Below, in pieces: positions 1 through 8,488 of a DNA stretch of 64,000 nucleotides (the stretch's first letter is position 1; every line of letters starts with the position of its first letter). Location of the stretch: assembly GCA_034669905.1 (NCBI GenBank), contig JAXMOL010000035.1, positions 1 to 64,000 on the forward strand, given 5' to 3'. The position numbers and the translations under genes are program-made. The notes beneath the pieces were generated by a model. It saw only the letters and a program-made list of their open reading frames with translations. It ran no database searches and had not been told where the DNA came from. The DNA is from Candidatus Hydrogenedentota bacterium (GTDB lineage Bacteria > Hydrogenedentota > Hydrogenedentia > Hydrogenedentales > JAEUWI01).

Positions 1-2
1 CC

Positions 3-245
3 GGGGACTGCACCGACGTGATGTTGGCGCAAGAACGTGGTAGACGTCTTGGCGGAACCGAATTCGGCGATTACGCCAGGAGCACCAGGAAGTCGGGGCT
101 GTACCCCCTCTTCCAGGTGTCTCTTGAGTCGGAATTAAGAGGGGGACGGCCCCGACGTCCGGGTGGGTGTGGGTAGGAGACGTAATTGCTTTGGCCCTCG
201 CGTGGTTTGTGTTGGGCTTGAGTTTTTTGCGTCGGTGCAGTCCCC
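3..245. repeat. Cluster of four REP-like 16-mers in alternating orientation
   Basis: ggggactgcaccgacg (3-18) is the exact reverse complement of 230-245. Related copies at 92-107 (reverse) and 142-157 (forward) form an inner inverted pair. Confidence 0.7.
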
Positions 246-280
246 AAAAAAATCGCCCTTCCGCCAGGGGCGGAAGGGCG
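246..280 (-). terminator. Rho-independent terminator of the macroglobulin gene
   Basis: 12-bp perfect stem cgcccttccgcc/ggcggaagggcg (254-280) with a 3-nt loop, followed on the minus strand by a T7 tract (A246-A252). Confidence 0.85.
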
Positions 281-297
281 TCGGGCATCGCCGGGTG

Positions 298-3200
298 CTA
301 TTTCACTTCGAGGGTGACGGGCGCGGAGGTGGCTTCCATTTCGGTGTTGTAGTAGGCGTAGACCTTGGAGGGTGGGGTCTGGGCCTTGAGGGGGAACTTC
401 GCCCGGAGTCCGTAGGAAAAGGTCAGGGTGGCGTTGCCCTGGATTTCCTCGAAATAGAGGATGATCTGGCGGCCTGCCACTTCATAACGACTGATGGGTC
501 CTTCGGTGACGAGTTTCTCCAGGTCACTTCGTTCTACCTGGAAGCCGGGGGGCACGCCGAGGTCGACGATGGTCATCTCGGTCTGTCCGGGCAGGTTGTT
601 CTTCACCGTGACCGTGGCGGTGACCACGTCATTCACCGCGAGTTTGGTCTTGTCGTAGGCCACGTCGATGGTGAAGGGTTCGGGACCGGGCTTCCGATTT
701 GTCCAGGGCGCGTAGTGCCGTCCCACGACCTGATAGAGGAGGGAGCCCTCCCCACTGAACTCGATGCGCACGTCGTTGTTGCCGAGCTTCGTCTGGTCGC
801 CCGCATCAATGAGGCGCATGACGTCGGCGTTTTCTTCCGTCACCTGAAACTCACTCACCACCGTGTCGTTGACCCGGACGCGGACCGTGGCGTTCACGTC
901 GCTGGTCTGGTGCTGGAGGGAAAGGGTGAGGGCTTTCAGCGCGAGGATGGTGGACTGGGTTGAGCCCCAGTGTCCGCTGGCCTGCTTTTTCTGGATGAGC
1001 CAGGTGAGGGCTTCCGTGGTGGTGTCGTGGAATTTTCCGGCCTTCATGAAGGCGATGGTGGCCAGGGCCGTGGCTTCCACATCGGCGGCGTCGCCATGGG
1101 TGAAGGTCACCGTGGCCGTCCCCTTCCAGTGGGTGGTTTTGTCTTCCTTTACGGCCAGTCCGTGAAGTTTCTCCAGCACGCGTTGGGTCGTGGCATCGCT
1201 TTTATCCCACGAGACGAGGGCATTGGCGACCAGGGCAAGGGTGTAGGCGTCCTCGGCTTTCTGCCAGTGCTGTTTGAGGTATTGGATGGCCCGGTCGATG
1301 CTCGGGTCGCCCTTGCCCCCAGTGAGGAGGGCATCGGTGATATAGGCGGTGACCAATACGTCGCTGCCCTGGATGTTGCCCCACGATTCGGCGTGGAGAT
1401 AATTTTCGTCGGGCTTCCAGCTACCGTCCGATTCCTGGAGGCTGAGGAGCCAGGCATGGGTTCGCGCCACGACGTCAGGATCCACTTCGTGGACTTTCGC
1501 CATGTCGTAGAATTCCTTGAGGCCATAGGCCGTGAGGATCTTGTTGGCGGGCGCTTCGCCAAACCAGGAGAAGCCGCCGCCGGGCACTTCATAGGTCAGG
1601 AGTCGCTGATAGCCCGCGTTGATGAAGCCTTCGGCCTTAAGCTGAAGCTCGGGATTAATCTGCTCCGTCTCCTGCATGTACTGGACGATGAGGATGTTGG
1701 GGTAGGTGGTGGAGCTGGTTTGCTCGAAGCAGCCCGAGGGCATCTGGAGCATGCTGTCGAGGCCATCGACAATCTGGCTGAAGACGCCGGGGTAAACCCG
1801 CACGAGAATTTTCTGCGCGCCTTCCACGCTGCCGTCGGGGATGGTGATGGTGTGTTCGACCGTGGCGGACAGGCGGTCACTCACGCTCACTTCGACTTTC
1901 TCGCCATCGGGGGCCACTTCCACCTCACGGCGGATGGCGTCTTGCATGGTTTTGCCGTGAGCGAAGACGGTGAGCTTATGGTGTCCCAGTTCCTTCACCT
2001 GGATGGGGAAATAGAGGGCGCGCACTTCCCCGGGGTTCATGGTTACCGTGACTTCCGCGTCGCCTTCCAACTCAAACCAGGTGTCGGTCTCAAAGACCAG
2101 GCGCACGTCCTGGGCGGTGTCGAGGTAGTTGTAGAGGACCACGGGGATGGAGACCCGGTCGTTTTGCGTGAGGAAGACGGGCAGGTCAATGTCCACGAAG
2201 AATTCCTGGAAGACCCGCAGGGGCGTTTCCGTGCTGCCCAGGGCACCGGCCGCGTTGGAGGCCATGGTGGTCATGCGCCACGTGGTGATGCTGTCGGCCA
2301 GCCCCACCGCCATGGTGGCCTGTCCCCGGCTGTCGGTGATGAGGGCCGGCTCGAAGAGGAGGGTCTCGGGGAAATATTCCCGGATGCGCACCGTCGGTGC
2401 TCCCCCATCGCTCTCGGCGGTCCCTTCCGTTTCGGCGATGGAACCCAAGGCCGCGACTCCCATGGCCATTTCGGGCACGGCGGCGGCCATGGGAAGGGCA
2501 TCCTCCATCATTTCATTCTTGAAGAGCATGCGACGTCCCCGTTGGGGGAAGCCTCCGCCAAAGCCACCCCGCCCCGCGAAGCGTTGTTGCAGCCAGGGGG
2601 TCTCTTGGGTGAGGTCGTCGGCGGTGCCATCCATACCATCGGGGCCCACCGAGTGCATCTGGAACCAGCCGCCCGTGTTCTCCAACTGACCGAAGTCGAA
2701 TTGGTAGCGGTTGCCCCAGGGATCCTTCAGTTCGCGGGCGGCAATATATTTCTGGCGCAGGAGGGCCGAAAGCATATCGCCAGGCACCTTCCAATCGTGT
2801 TTCTCCAGGTAACGCCGTACCACGGCCTGCACTTTTTCATAGTCCTGGGTGAAGCGCTCGGCCAGGGCCGTCTCCGCGGCGTCCCGTTTGCCCGTGAAGC
2901 TGTTTTGGTGGATGGGCGGCGCCGGAGGGGCTTCGGCGGAAGCGAGCAGCACCTTGGCAGCCTCCTGTTGCCGGGCGTCCCAAAGGATGGGCTCGGGCCG
3001 GGGCTGGGGGTCGACAGGGTGCTTGATGAGGGTGTCCAGGTGGTAGCCATGGATCTCATAGCGGGGCTTCATGATCTCCTGTTCCAGCGTGAAGAAGACC
3101 TTCTCCAGACCGGGGTGGAGTTCCTGCAGGGCGAAGACGCTTTCATCCACGATGGAGACCCCGAGGGCCGCCGCCGTGGGACGGCCGTTCTTGTCCGTCA

Positions 3201-5205
3201 CGGAAAAGTGGAGGGTCGCTTCCTCGCCGGGACGGTAGGTGTCGTGGTCCATGGAGATGGTGAGCTGGAGCTGATCCGCCGGGTTAATGTAGAGGAGCCG
3301 CGTGTCGCGGATGAGGTCTGTCGTGGGCGAGAACATGTAGGCGTGGAGCACCACACTGCCCATGAGTCCGGGGTCCAGATCGAGGTCCAGGCTTGCCCGC
3401 CCGTCTTTCAGGGTTCCGCTGCGGGTCATGACCGTCTGGCCTTCGCGGACCAGGTCGAAGTAGACATTGCCGCGCTGTTTGGTGGCGATGACTTCCGCGT
3501 GGAGGGTGCCTCCCGCCGGGTAGAGGGTTTGATCGGTGCGTACCAGGAGGGATTGTTCACCGGGTTCGGAGGAAAGGGTCGCGGTGTGTTTCAGGGTGTG
3601 GCCCTGGGTGTCTTTCACGTCGAGTTGCAGGGTGGTCTCCCCCGCCTTGGGCGTAATGCGGAAGGTTCCCACGCCCAGTGCATTGGTCTGGGTGCGGAGT
3701 TTCCCATGGTCTATGGTGCTGGTCACGACAGCGCCTTCCACCGGGCTGCCATCGGGACGGGCCACGAGGACATAGATGTCGTTTTCGATCCCTGGTGCCA
3801 GTTGGCCCCCTTCGGCGATGGCGTGGACCTGGATGTCCGCAGCGGCCACGGATTTCATGACGCTCTTCATTTCCACGTGGTCGGCGGTGTCGGTGATTTC
3901 GACTTCCAGCCGCACCGAGGCCTGGCCCTGTTCCAGCTCGGTGCCCACGAAATGCCGGGGCAGAGGCAGGCTGAACGACCAGTGGCCTTGCTCGTCCAGG
4001 GTGCCTTCCAACTCACTGAAGGTGTCAAAGTTCACGACGAAGGTGGAGGCCTTCACCGTTACCGTGCCCCCTGCCACCGGTTTGCCGAAGAAGTAGTCGG
4101 ACTGAATCTCCCCTTTCAGTGTGTCGCCCGGGCGGTAGAAGGCCCGATCCGTGGAGACTTCGATGGCGAACTTTGGAAGGACATAGCGATCGACGGTGAC
4201 CACTTTCTCGCTCTGGTCATCCCCGAGGATGGCGCGAACCGTGTAGCTGCCGAGGTTCACTTCCGTGGCCAGTTGGAAGCGGGTGGCCGCAATGCCGAAG
4301 GCGTCGGTGTCGTGACGTTCTTTGAAGACCTTGTTGCCCTTGCCGTCCATGACTTCAAAGGTGAGTTCCTGATCGGCAGCGGGTTTGAGATTGCCCGCGT
4401 TGAGGGAGAGGGCGCGGAGTTCGATGAACTGTCCCGGCTGGTATTGGGGCTTGTCCGTGCTGAGGAGGATCTTGTTTTTCTTCTTCACTGTGACGGGCTG
4501 CGCGAGTTTGTCCTCGCCGAAGCCGTCAGCGGCCAGTCGGATTTCCAGGGTGCAGTTGCCCCAGTATTTGGGCCACACGTCGAAGGAGGCATCGAGACTG
4601 CCGTCTTCGTTGGTGGTGCCCTCGAAGACCGGGAAGCGCTCCGTGTCACGGACGAGGGTGATTTCGGCGTCTGCGTTGGGCACGGGCGCGCCGGTGGCGT
4701 GGTTGAGGGCCACGAGCTGGACGGCGGCCTTACTGCCCACCAGCATATCGGGGAAGCCCACGAGACGGGTTTCCAGCTGGGGCAGGGTGTCGATAAGGAG
4801 AAAGCCCCCCTCCTCCTCGCTGCTGCCCGAGCCGAAGGTGTAGGTCACCACGCTGTCCGCATAGTGCTCGGCGTTGAGCTGTCCGCTCAGGGGGAGGGAC
4901 ACCGCATTTTCACCGGGCTGGAGCGAAAGCCGCTGGGAACCGCTCAGGCGATGTTGGCCTGCCAGGCTCTGGACGGCGACCCGGAAAAGCTCATTGGCCA
5001 CCGTGTTGCGGGGGTTGTGGATGACGGCGTGGGCCACCATCTGATTGCCGTCGGGGCGAATTTCGAAACGGTCGCGGTCGACCCGTGTGGCGGGGGCCTT
5101 TTCCTGTGCCAGAACGGGCAGGACGCCTTCCCGGGCCATCCACGTGCCCGCCAGGGCGACGAGGATGAATGTCGTGGTCCATAGGGCTAAGCTCTTTACT
5201 TGCAT
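298..5205 (-). CDS. Alpha-2-macroglobulin-family thioester-containing secreted protein (about 1635 aa)
   Basis: MG-domain motifs (TDKPQYQPG, YVLPKF), REYFPET, thioester GCFEQ (1720-1731) and C-terminal VYAYYN. Start reassigned to ATG 5205 (MQVKS), which has a GGAGG RBS and a hydrophobic signal sequence. Confidence 0.95.
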   Translation of the reverse strand: MQVKSLALWTTTFILVALAGTWMAREGVLPVLAQEKAPATRVDRDRFEIRPDGNQMVAHAVIHNPRNTVANELFRVAVQSLAGQHRLSGSQRLSLQPGENAVSLPLSGQLNAEHYADSVVTYTFGSGSSEEEGGFLLIDTLPQLETRLVGFPDMLVGSKAAVQLVALNHATGAPVPNADAEITLVRDTERFPVFEGTTNEDGSLDASFDVWPKYWGNCTLEIRLAADGFGEDKLAQPVTVKKKNKILLSTDKPQYQPGQFIELRALSLNAGNLKPAADQELTFEVMDGKGNKVFKERHDTDAFGIAATRFQLATEVNLGSYTVRAILGDDQSEKVVTVDRYVLPKFAIEVSTDRAFYRPGDTLKGEIQSDYFFGKPVAGGTVTVKASTFVVNFDTFSELEGTLDEQGHWSFSLPLPRHFVGTELEQGQASVRLEVEITDTADHVEMKSVMKSVAAADIQVHAIAEGGQLAPGIENDIYVLVARPDGSPVEGAVVTSTIDHGKLRTQTNALGVGTFRITPKAGETTLQLDVKDTQGHTLKHTATLSSEPGEQSLLVRTDQTLYPAGGTLHAEVIATKQRGNVYFDLVREGQTVMTRSGTLKDGRASLDLDLDPGLMGSVVLHAYMFSPTTDLIRDTRLLYINPADQLQLTISMDHDTYRPGEEATLHFSVTDKNGRPTAAALGVSIVDESVFALQELHPGLEKVFFTLEQEIMKPRYEIHGYHLDTLIKHPVDPQPRPEPILWDARQQEAAKVLLASAEAPPAPPIHQNSFTGKRDAAETALAERFTQDYEKVQAVVRRYLEKHDWKVPGDMLSALLRQKYIAARELKDPWGNRYQFDFGQLENTGGWFQMHSVGPDGMDGTADDLTQETPWLQQRFAGRGGFGGGFPQRGRRMLFKNEMMEDALPMAAAVPEMAMGVAALGSIAETEGTAESDGGAPTVRIREYFPETLLFEPALITDSRGQATMAVGLADSITTWRMTTMASNAAGALGSTETPLRVFQEFFVDIDLPVFLTQNDRVSIPVVLYNYLDTAQDVRLVFETDTWFELEGDAEVTVTMNPGEVRALYFPIQVKELGHHKLTVFAHGKTMQDAIRREVEVAPDGEKVEVSVSDRLSATVEHTITIPDGSVEGAQKILVRVYPGVFSQIVDGLDSMLQMPSGCFEQTSSTTYPNILIVQYMQETEQINPELQLKAEGFINAGYQRLLTYEVPGGGFSWFGEAPANKILTAYGLKEFYDMAKVHEVDPDVVARTHAWLLSLQESDGSWKPDENYLHAESWGNIQGSDVLVTAYITDALLTGGKGDPSIDRAIQYLKQHWQKAEDAYTLALVANALVSWDKSDATTQRVLEKLHGLAVKEDKTTHWKGTATVTFTHGDAADVEATALATIAFMKAGKFHDTTTEALTWLIQKKQASGHWGSTQSTILALKALTLSLQHQTSDVNATVRVRVNDTVVSEFQVTEENADVMRLIDAGDQTKLGNNDVRIEFSGEGSLLYQVVGRHYAPWTNRKPGPEPFTIDVAYDKTKLAVNDVVTATVTVKNNLPGQTEMTIVDLGVPPGFQVERSDLEKLVTEGPISRYEVAGRQIILYFEEIQGNATLTFSYGLRAKFPLKAQTPPSKVYAYYNTEMEATSAPVTLEVK

Positions 5206-5388
5206 GGGGTTGCCTCCATGAGCGGCGAGGCGCTCGGTGGTCTTTTTCGGTCTCGTAGCGGCTTTTTCGGTGTGCGCGGGGCTGGTTTGGCCGACCGGTA
5301 TACTTGGTGCTGCCCTTCGCGCTATCCTATTGGACACCATCGGGGGACGGTGGTTCGGAGAAATCGAAGTCCCAGTTCACAGGGGAAT

Positions 5389-5595
5389 GTGTTGTTAACG
5401 GTTCAGATAGTGCTTGCCTTCGCGCTGGGAACGGCCTTGCTCGTGCCGGCCTGGAAGATCGTCGGTCGATTGCGCCGGGACGAAGCGGATGATCAGGATA
5501 AGACCGTGTTCATTTTTCTGGTGATGGGCCTGTTCTTTGTGGCCGCCTTCCTGCGCTGGTGGTTGGTGCCCTGGATAGCCATTACCTTTGGCTAG
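5389..5595 (+). CDS. Small membrane protein with two predicted TM helices (about 68 aa)
   Basis: GTG 5389 after AGGGG; two hydrophobic segments separated by RRDEADDQD. Confidence 0.55.
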   Translation: MLLTVQIVLAFALGTALLVPAWKIVGRLRRDEADDQDKTVFIFLVMGLFFVAAFLRWWLVPWIAITFG

Positions 5596-5630
5596 GGCTG
5601 CCGACGGTGTCTCCGCGATGTTCTATGGGA

Positions 5631-5833
5631 CGGGCTTTCAGCCCTCTAAGGATGGTTCACCCCGACATGGGGCTTCGCCCCATGCGGGTATATTGTCGGG
5701 CCGTTGGCCCTCAACTGAGGATAGTTGCACTGCAGGGCTGACTTTTTTTCAGCGCCAACGGCGCGCTTCCTATCAGCCTGGGGTGAAGCCCCAGGAATAC
5801 GGGTACGAAGAAAGAGACAGGGCTGAAAGCCCG
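5631..5833. repeat. REPIN-like nested inverted-repeat element
   Basis: 15-bp perfect IR cgggctttcagccct (5631-5645)/agggctgaaagcccg (5819-5833). Internal hairpins at 5666-5684 and 5777-5795, plus a ccgttggc/gccaacgg pair. Confidence 0.75.
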
Positions 5834-5937
5834 AGCCATTTTACATCGGGACAAAAGGCTTTCATTTAAACCCAAACCACCAGGTATTGGTCAAGGCAAA
5901 CGAAACGCAGCCAATCCGTTTACCGGGAGTTCGTTCT

Positions 5938-7158
5938 ATGATCCGTTTATTGGGGAAGTGTATTGCCGGGCTGATCCTTGGGCTGCAGGTCGCCGGGGCC
6001 GGGCCTGCCTTTGAGTTGACCGTCGTGGAGCCGGCCGCCACGAGTTACGCCACCTTCCAGAGTCACAACCAGAAGGTGGTGGCCAATGAACGGGGTTATT
6101 TCATGACCCTGATTCGGACGCGGGATGAACCCTTCCTGGCGCAGAATTGGCGTCTCCTCCATAGCGCGGATGAGGGCAAGCACTTTGACGTAATCTACGA
6201 CGCCACCCATGCTACCAATCCCCCACCGATTGAGACGGATAGCAATAACAATATTTATCTGGCTCGGACGGATTATACGGATGGGAACGGCTATCTCTAT
6301 TTCTTCGAAGCGGCGAAGGATTACCAGGACCCGCGGATTACGATCATCCCTGGTGGAGCGGCGGGCAAGGTGGCCTTGTTGCTGGATGAAGCCCACGATT
6401 GTCTCTACTACGCGTCCCACAATAACCGTTTTTATAGACTCGGGCTGGACGGCACCGTGCACGAGAACTTCGAAATTGTGCGGGGCGGCCCCCATGCGGG
6501 ACTCCAGTATCCCCTCTTGCGCCAGGACGATGGGGGTGCGATTCATTATGCGTGGACGTCGCAGCAGAATGGCGTCTATATGTATTGGGACATCCACCAC
6601 ATGCTTCGTCCGCCGGGCAAGAGCAGCTGGCAGAACCTGGATGGCACGGCCCTGACCCTGCCGGTGGTGGCCGATGATACAGGGGCGGCCACGCGAATCA
6701 GTCTGGAGGATGAGTATGAATCCTTTACGTGGTTGTCGAGTTTCACGCTGAAAGGGGGCAAGGCCCATTTCCTTTACCTGACCCAGAGCCAGCCACCCCG
6801 TCAGAATTATGTGCGGCGGGACAGCGCCACCGGCGTGGAAGAAGTGCGGACCCGGCTGGACGGGCTCTATCTGCTGAGCGGGCTCCTGGTGGCACCCGAT
6901 GCCACGGCCGAATCGCCGTTGTATCTGGTGAGCGGCTACCAGGGGCAACTGAAGGCCCGTGTGTCCCATGACAATGGCGACACCTGGCAGTCCTATGCCG
7001 AACACGAGGGTGTGTTCAACCTGTATTCCCTCGGCGGTTGCAACACGGTGACGGACGACGGCTATATTGTGGGGAGTTTTACCGACCAGAAAGCCGGTGA
7101 TGGCCTGTTGTCCCGGGAGTCAGTGGTGTATTTCTATCGGTTGAAGGTAGGAGAGTGA
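5938..7158 (+). CDS. Secreted BNR/Asp-box (sialidase-like fold) protein
   Basis: Signal peptide from ATG 5938 and Asp-box motifs HSADEGKHF and VSHDNGDTW. Confidence 0.7.
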   Translation: MIRLLGKCIAGLILGLQVAGAGPAFELTVVEPAATSYATFQSHNQKVVANERGYFMTLIRTRDEPFLAQNWRLLHSADEGKHFDVIYDATHATNPPPIETDSNNNIYLARTDYTDGNGYLYFFEAAKDYQDPRITIIPGGAAGKVALLLDEAHDCLYYASHNNRFYRLGLDGTVHENFEIVRGGPHAGLQYPLLRQDDGGAIHYAWTSQQNGVYMYWDIHHMLRPPGKSSWQNLDGTALTLPVVADDTGAATRISLEDEYESFTWLSSFTLKGGKAHFLYLTQSQPPRQNYVRRDSATGVEEVRTRLDGLYLLSGLLVAPDATAESPLYLVSGYQGQLKARVSHDNGDTWQSYAEHEGVFNLYSLGGCNTVTDDGYIVGSFTDQKAGDGLLSRESVVYFYRLKVGE

Positions 7159-7236
7159 GGGGTGTTGGATGGTGCCACTTGGGCAGGATCTAATGTGTTG
7201 CAAGAACGTTTATTGGTTGCAGGCAAGCGTTTTCTT

Positions 7237-7455
7237 CCGTGCCACGCGACGTCGAGCCCTGCGAGACTTCGTGTGCATGGAGCACGGAATTCCAGGGGGC
7301 ATAGTGGATGATCTTAATCGGGCGTCCCTTGATCCCGTGAGCTCGGACGCCCTCTCGCAATGAATCTTGAAGCGGGTAAGTTACCGTTGCTCCACGCACA
7401 CGAATCCTCGTTTTACTCGGCATCGCCCTCCTGCGGCGCGTCTACGACGTGGCAC
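7237..7455. repeat. Inverted pair of about 50-bp repeats (family A) forming a long hairpin
   Basis: 7268-7284 pairs with 7388-7404 (1 mismatch) and gtgccacg 7239-7246 pairs with cgtggcac 7448-7455. Inner stem 7320-7327/7345-7352. A third copy lies at 13851-13897. Confidence 0.75.
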
Positions 7456-7564
7456 AAGTGGGTCTTCCCTCACATCGGCCACCATTGAAGCCCGATGCGT
7501 GGTCACGTAAACTACCCCCCACGGCCCGTGGGGTCGATTTTCCAACCCGAAGAACCCATTTTTC

Positions 7565-8488
7565 ATGATTCGATTCATACTCAAACGCCTGGCCACCTTT
7601 ATCCCCGTGTTGCTGGCGATCATTACCATCACCTTCTGCATGGTGCGGATAGCGCCGGGGGGGCCTTTTTCGGAGGAACGTAAGGTCCCGGAAGAGGTCT
7701 TGCGTCAGTTGGAGAAGACCTACAATCTGGATGCTCCCCTCTACCGCCAATATTTCGATTACATCGGGGGCGTGTTGCAGGGGGATCTGGGACCTTCCTT
7801 TAAGAAACCGAGCCGCACGGTGCGGGAATGGGTGGTGCTCCGCCTGCCCGTATCCCTCGAGCTGGGGGCCTATGCCCTCCTGGTGGCCCTGTGTATCGGC
7901 CTTCCCGCCGGCATTATTGCGGCGAGCCGTCCCAACTCCGCGCAGGACTACGTCCCCATGTCCATGGCGATGGCGGGCATCTGTATTCCCAATTTCGTGC
8001 TGGGTCCCCTGCTGGTGCTCGTCTTTTCGCTGTGGCTGGGCTGGCTGCCGGTAACGGGTTGGGATACGCCCGCGGAAAAAATTTTGCCCTCGCTGACGCT
8101 CGGGGCCGTCTACGCGGCGTACGTGGCCCGTTTGACCCGGGGCGGCATGTTGGAAGTCATGGGACAGGACTATATCCGCACGGCCCGGGCCAAGGGATTG
8201 AGCGAGACGGCGGTGGTGTTGAAACACGGCGTGCGCGGTGGGTTGTTGCCCGTCGTGGCGTACCTGGGACCCGCGACGGCCGCGCTGCTGACAGGCTCTT
8301 TTGTGATTGAGAAGATTTTTCAGATACCCGGACTAGGCCGTGAGTTTGTGGAAGCCGCCTTTAACCGGGATTACACCATGATTATGGGGACTGTGCTGGT
8401 CTATGCGACCCTGGTGCTCGTGCTGAATCTCGTGGCCGATGTGGTGCATGCGTGGCTCGATCCGCGGGTGCGGATGGCGATGAAATGA
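7565..8488 (+). CDS. oppB: Oligopeptide ABC transporter permease
   Basis: APGGPF, GDLGPSF and EAA-like loop DYIRTARAKGLSE; FNRDYTMIMG. Confidence 0.93.
   Translation: MIRFILKRLATFIPVLLAIITITFCMVRIAPGGPFSEERKVPEEVLRQLEKTYNLDAPLYRQYFDYIGGVLQGDLGPSFKKPSRTVREWVVLRLPVSLELGAYALLVALCIGLPAGIIAASRPNSAQDYVPMSMAMAGICIPNFVLGPLLVLVFSLWLGWLPVTGWDTPAEKILPSLTLGAVYAAYVARLTRGGMLEVMGQDYIRTARAKGLSETAVVLKHGVRGGLLPVVAYLGPATAALLTGSFVIEKIFQIPGLGREFVEAAFNRDYTMIMGTVLVYATLVLVLNLVADVVHAWLDPRVRMAMK

Noticed and set aside
970..5184. 1404-aa antisense ORF opposite the macroglobulin gene
   Set aside because: Codon-register shadow of a high-GC gene; no recognisable motifs.
7237..7455. 6S RNA or riboswitch interpretation of the long hairpin
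   Set aside because: The arms are copies of a dispersed repeat also present at 13851-13897, and I recognised no convincing conserved ncRNA motif. An Infernal search was not possible.
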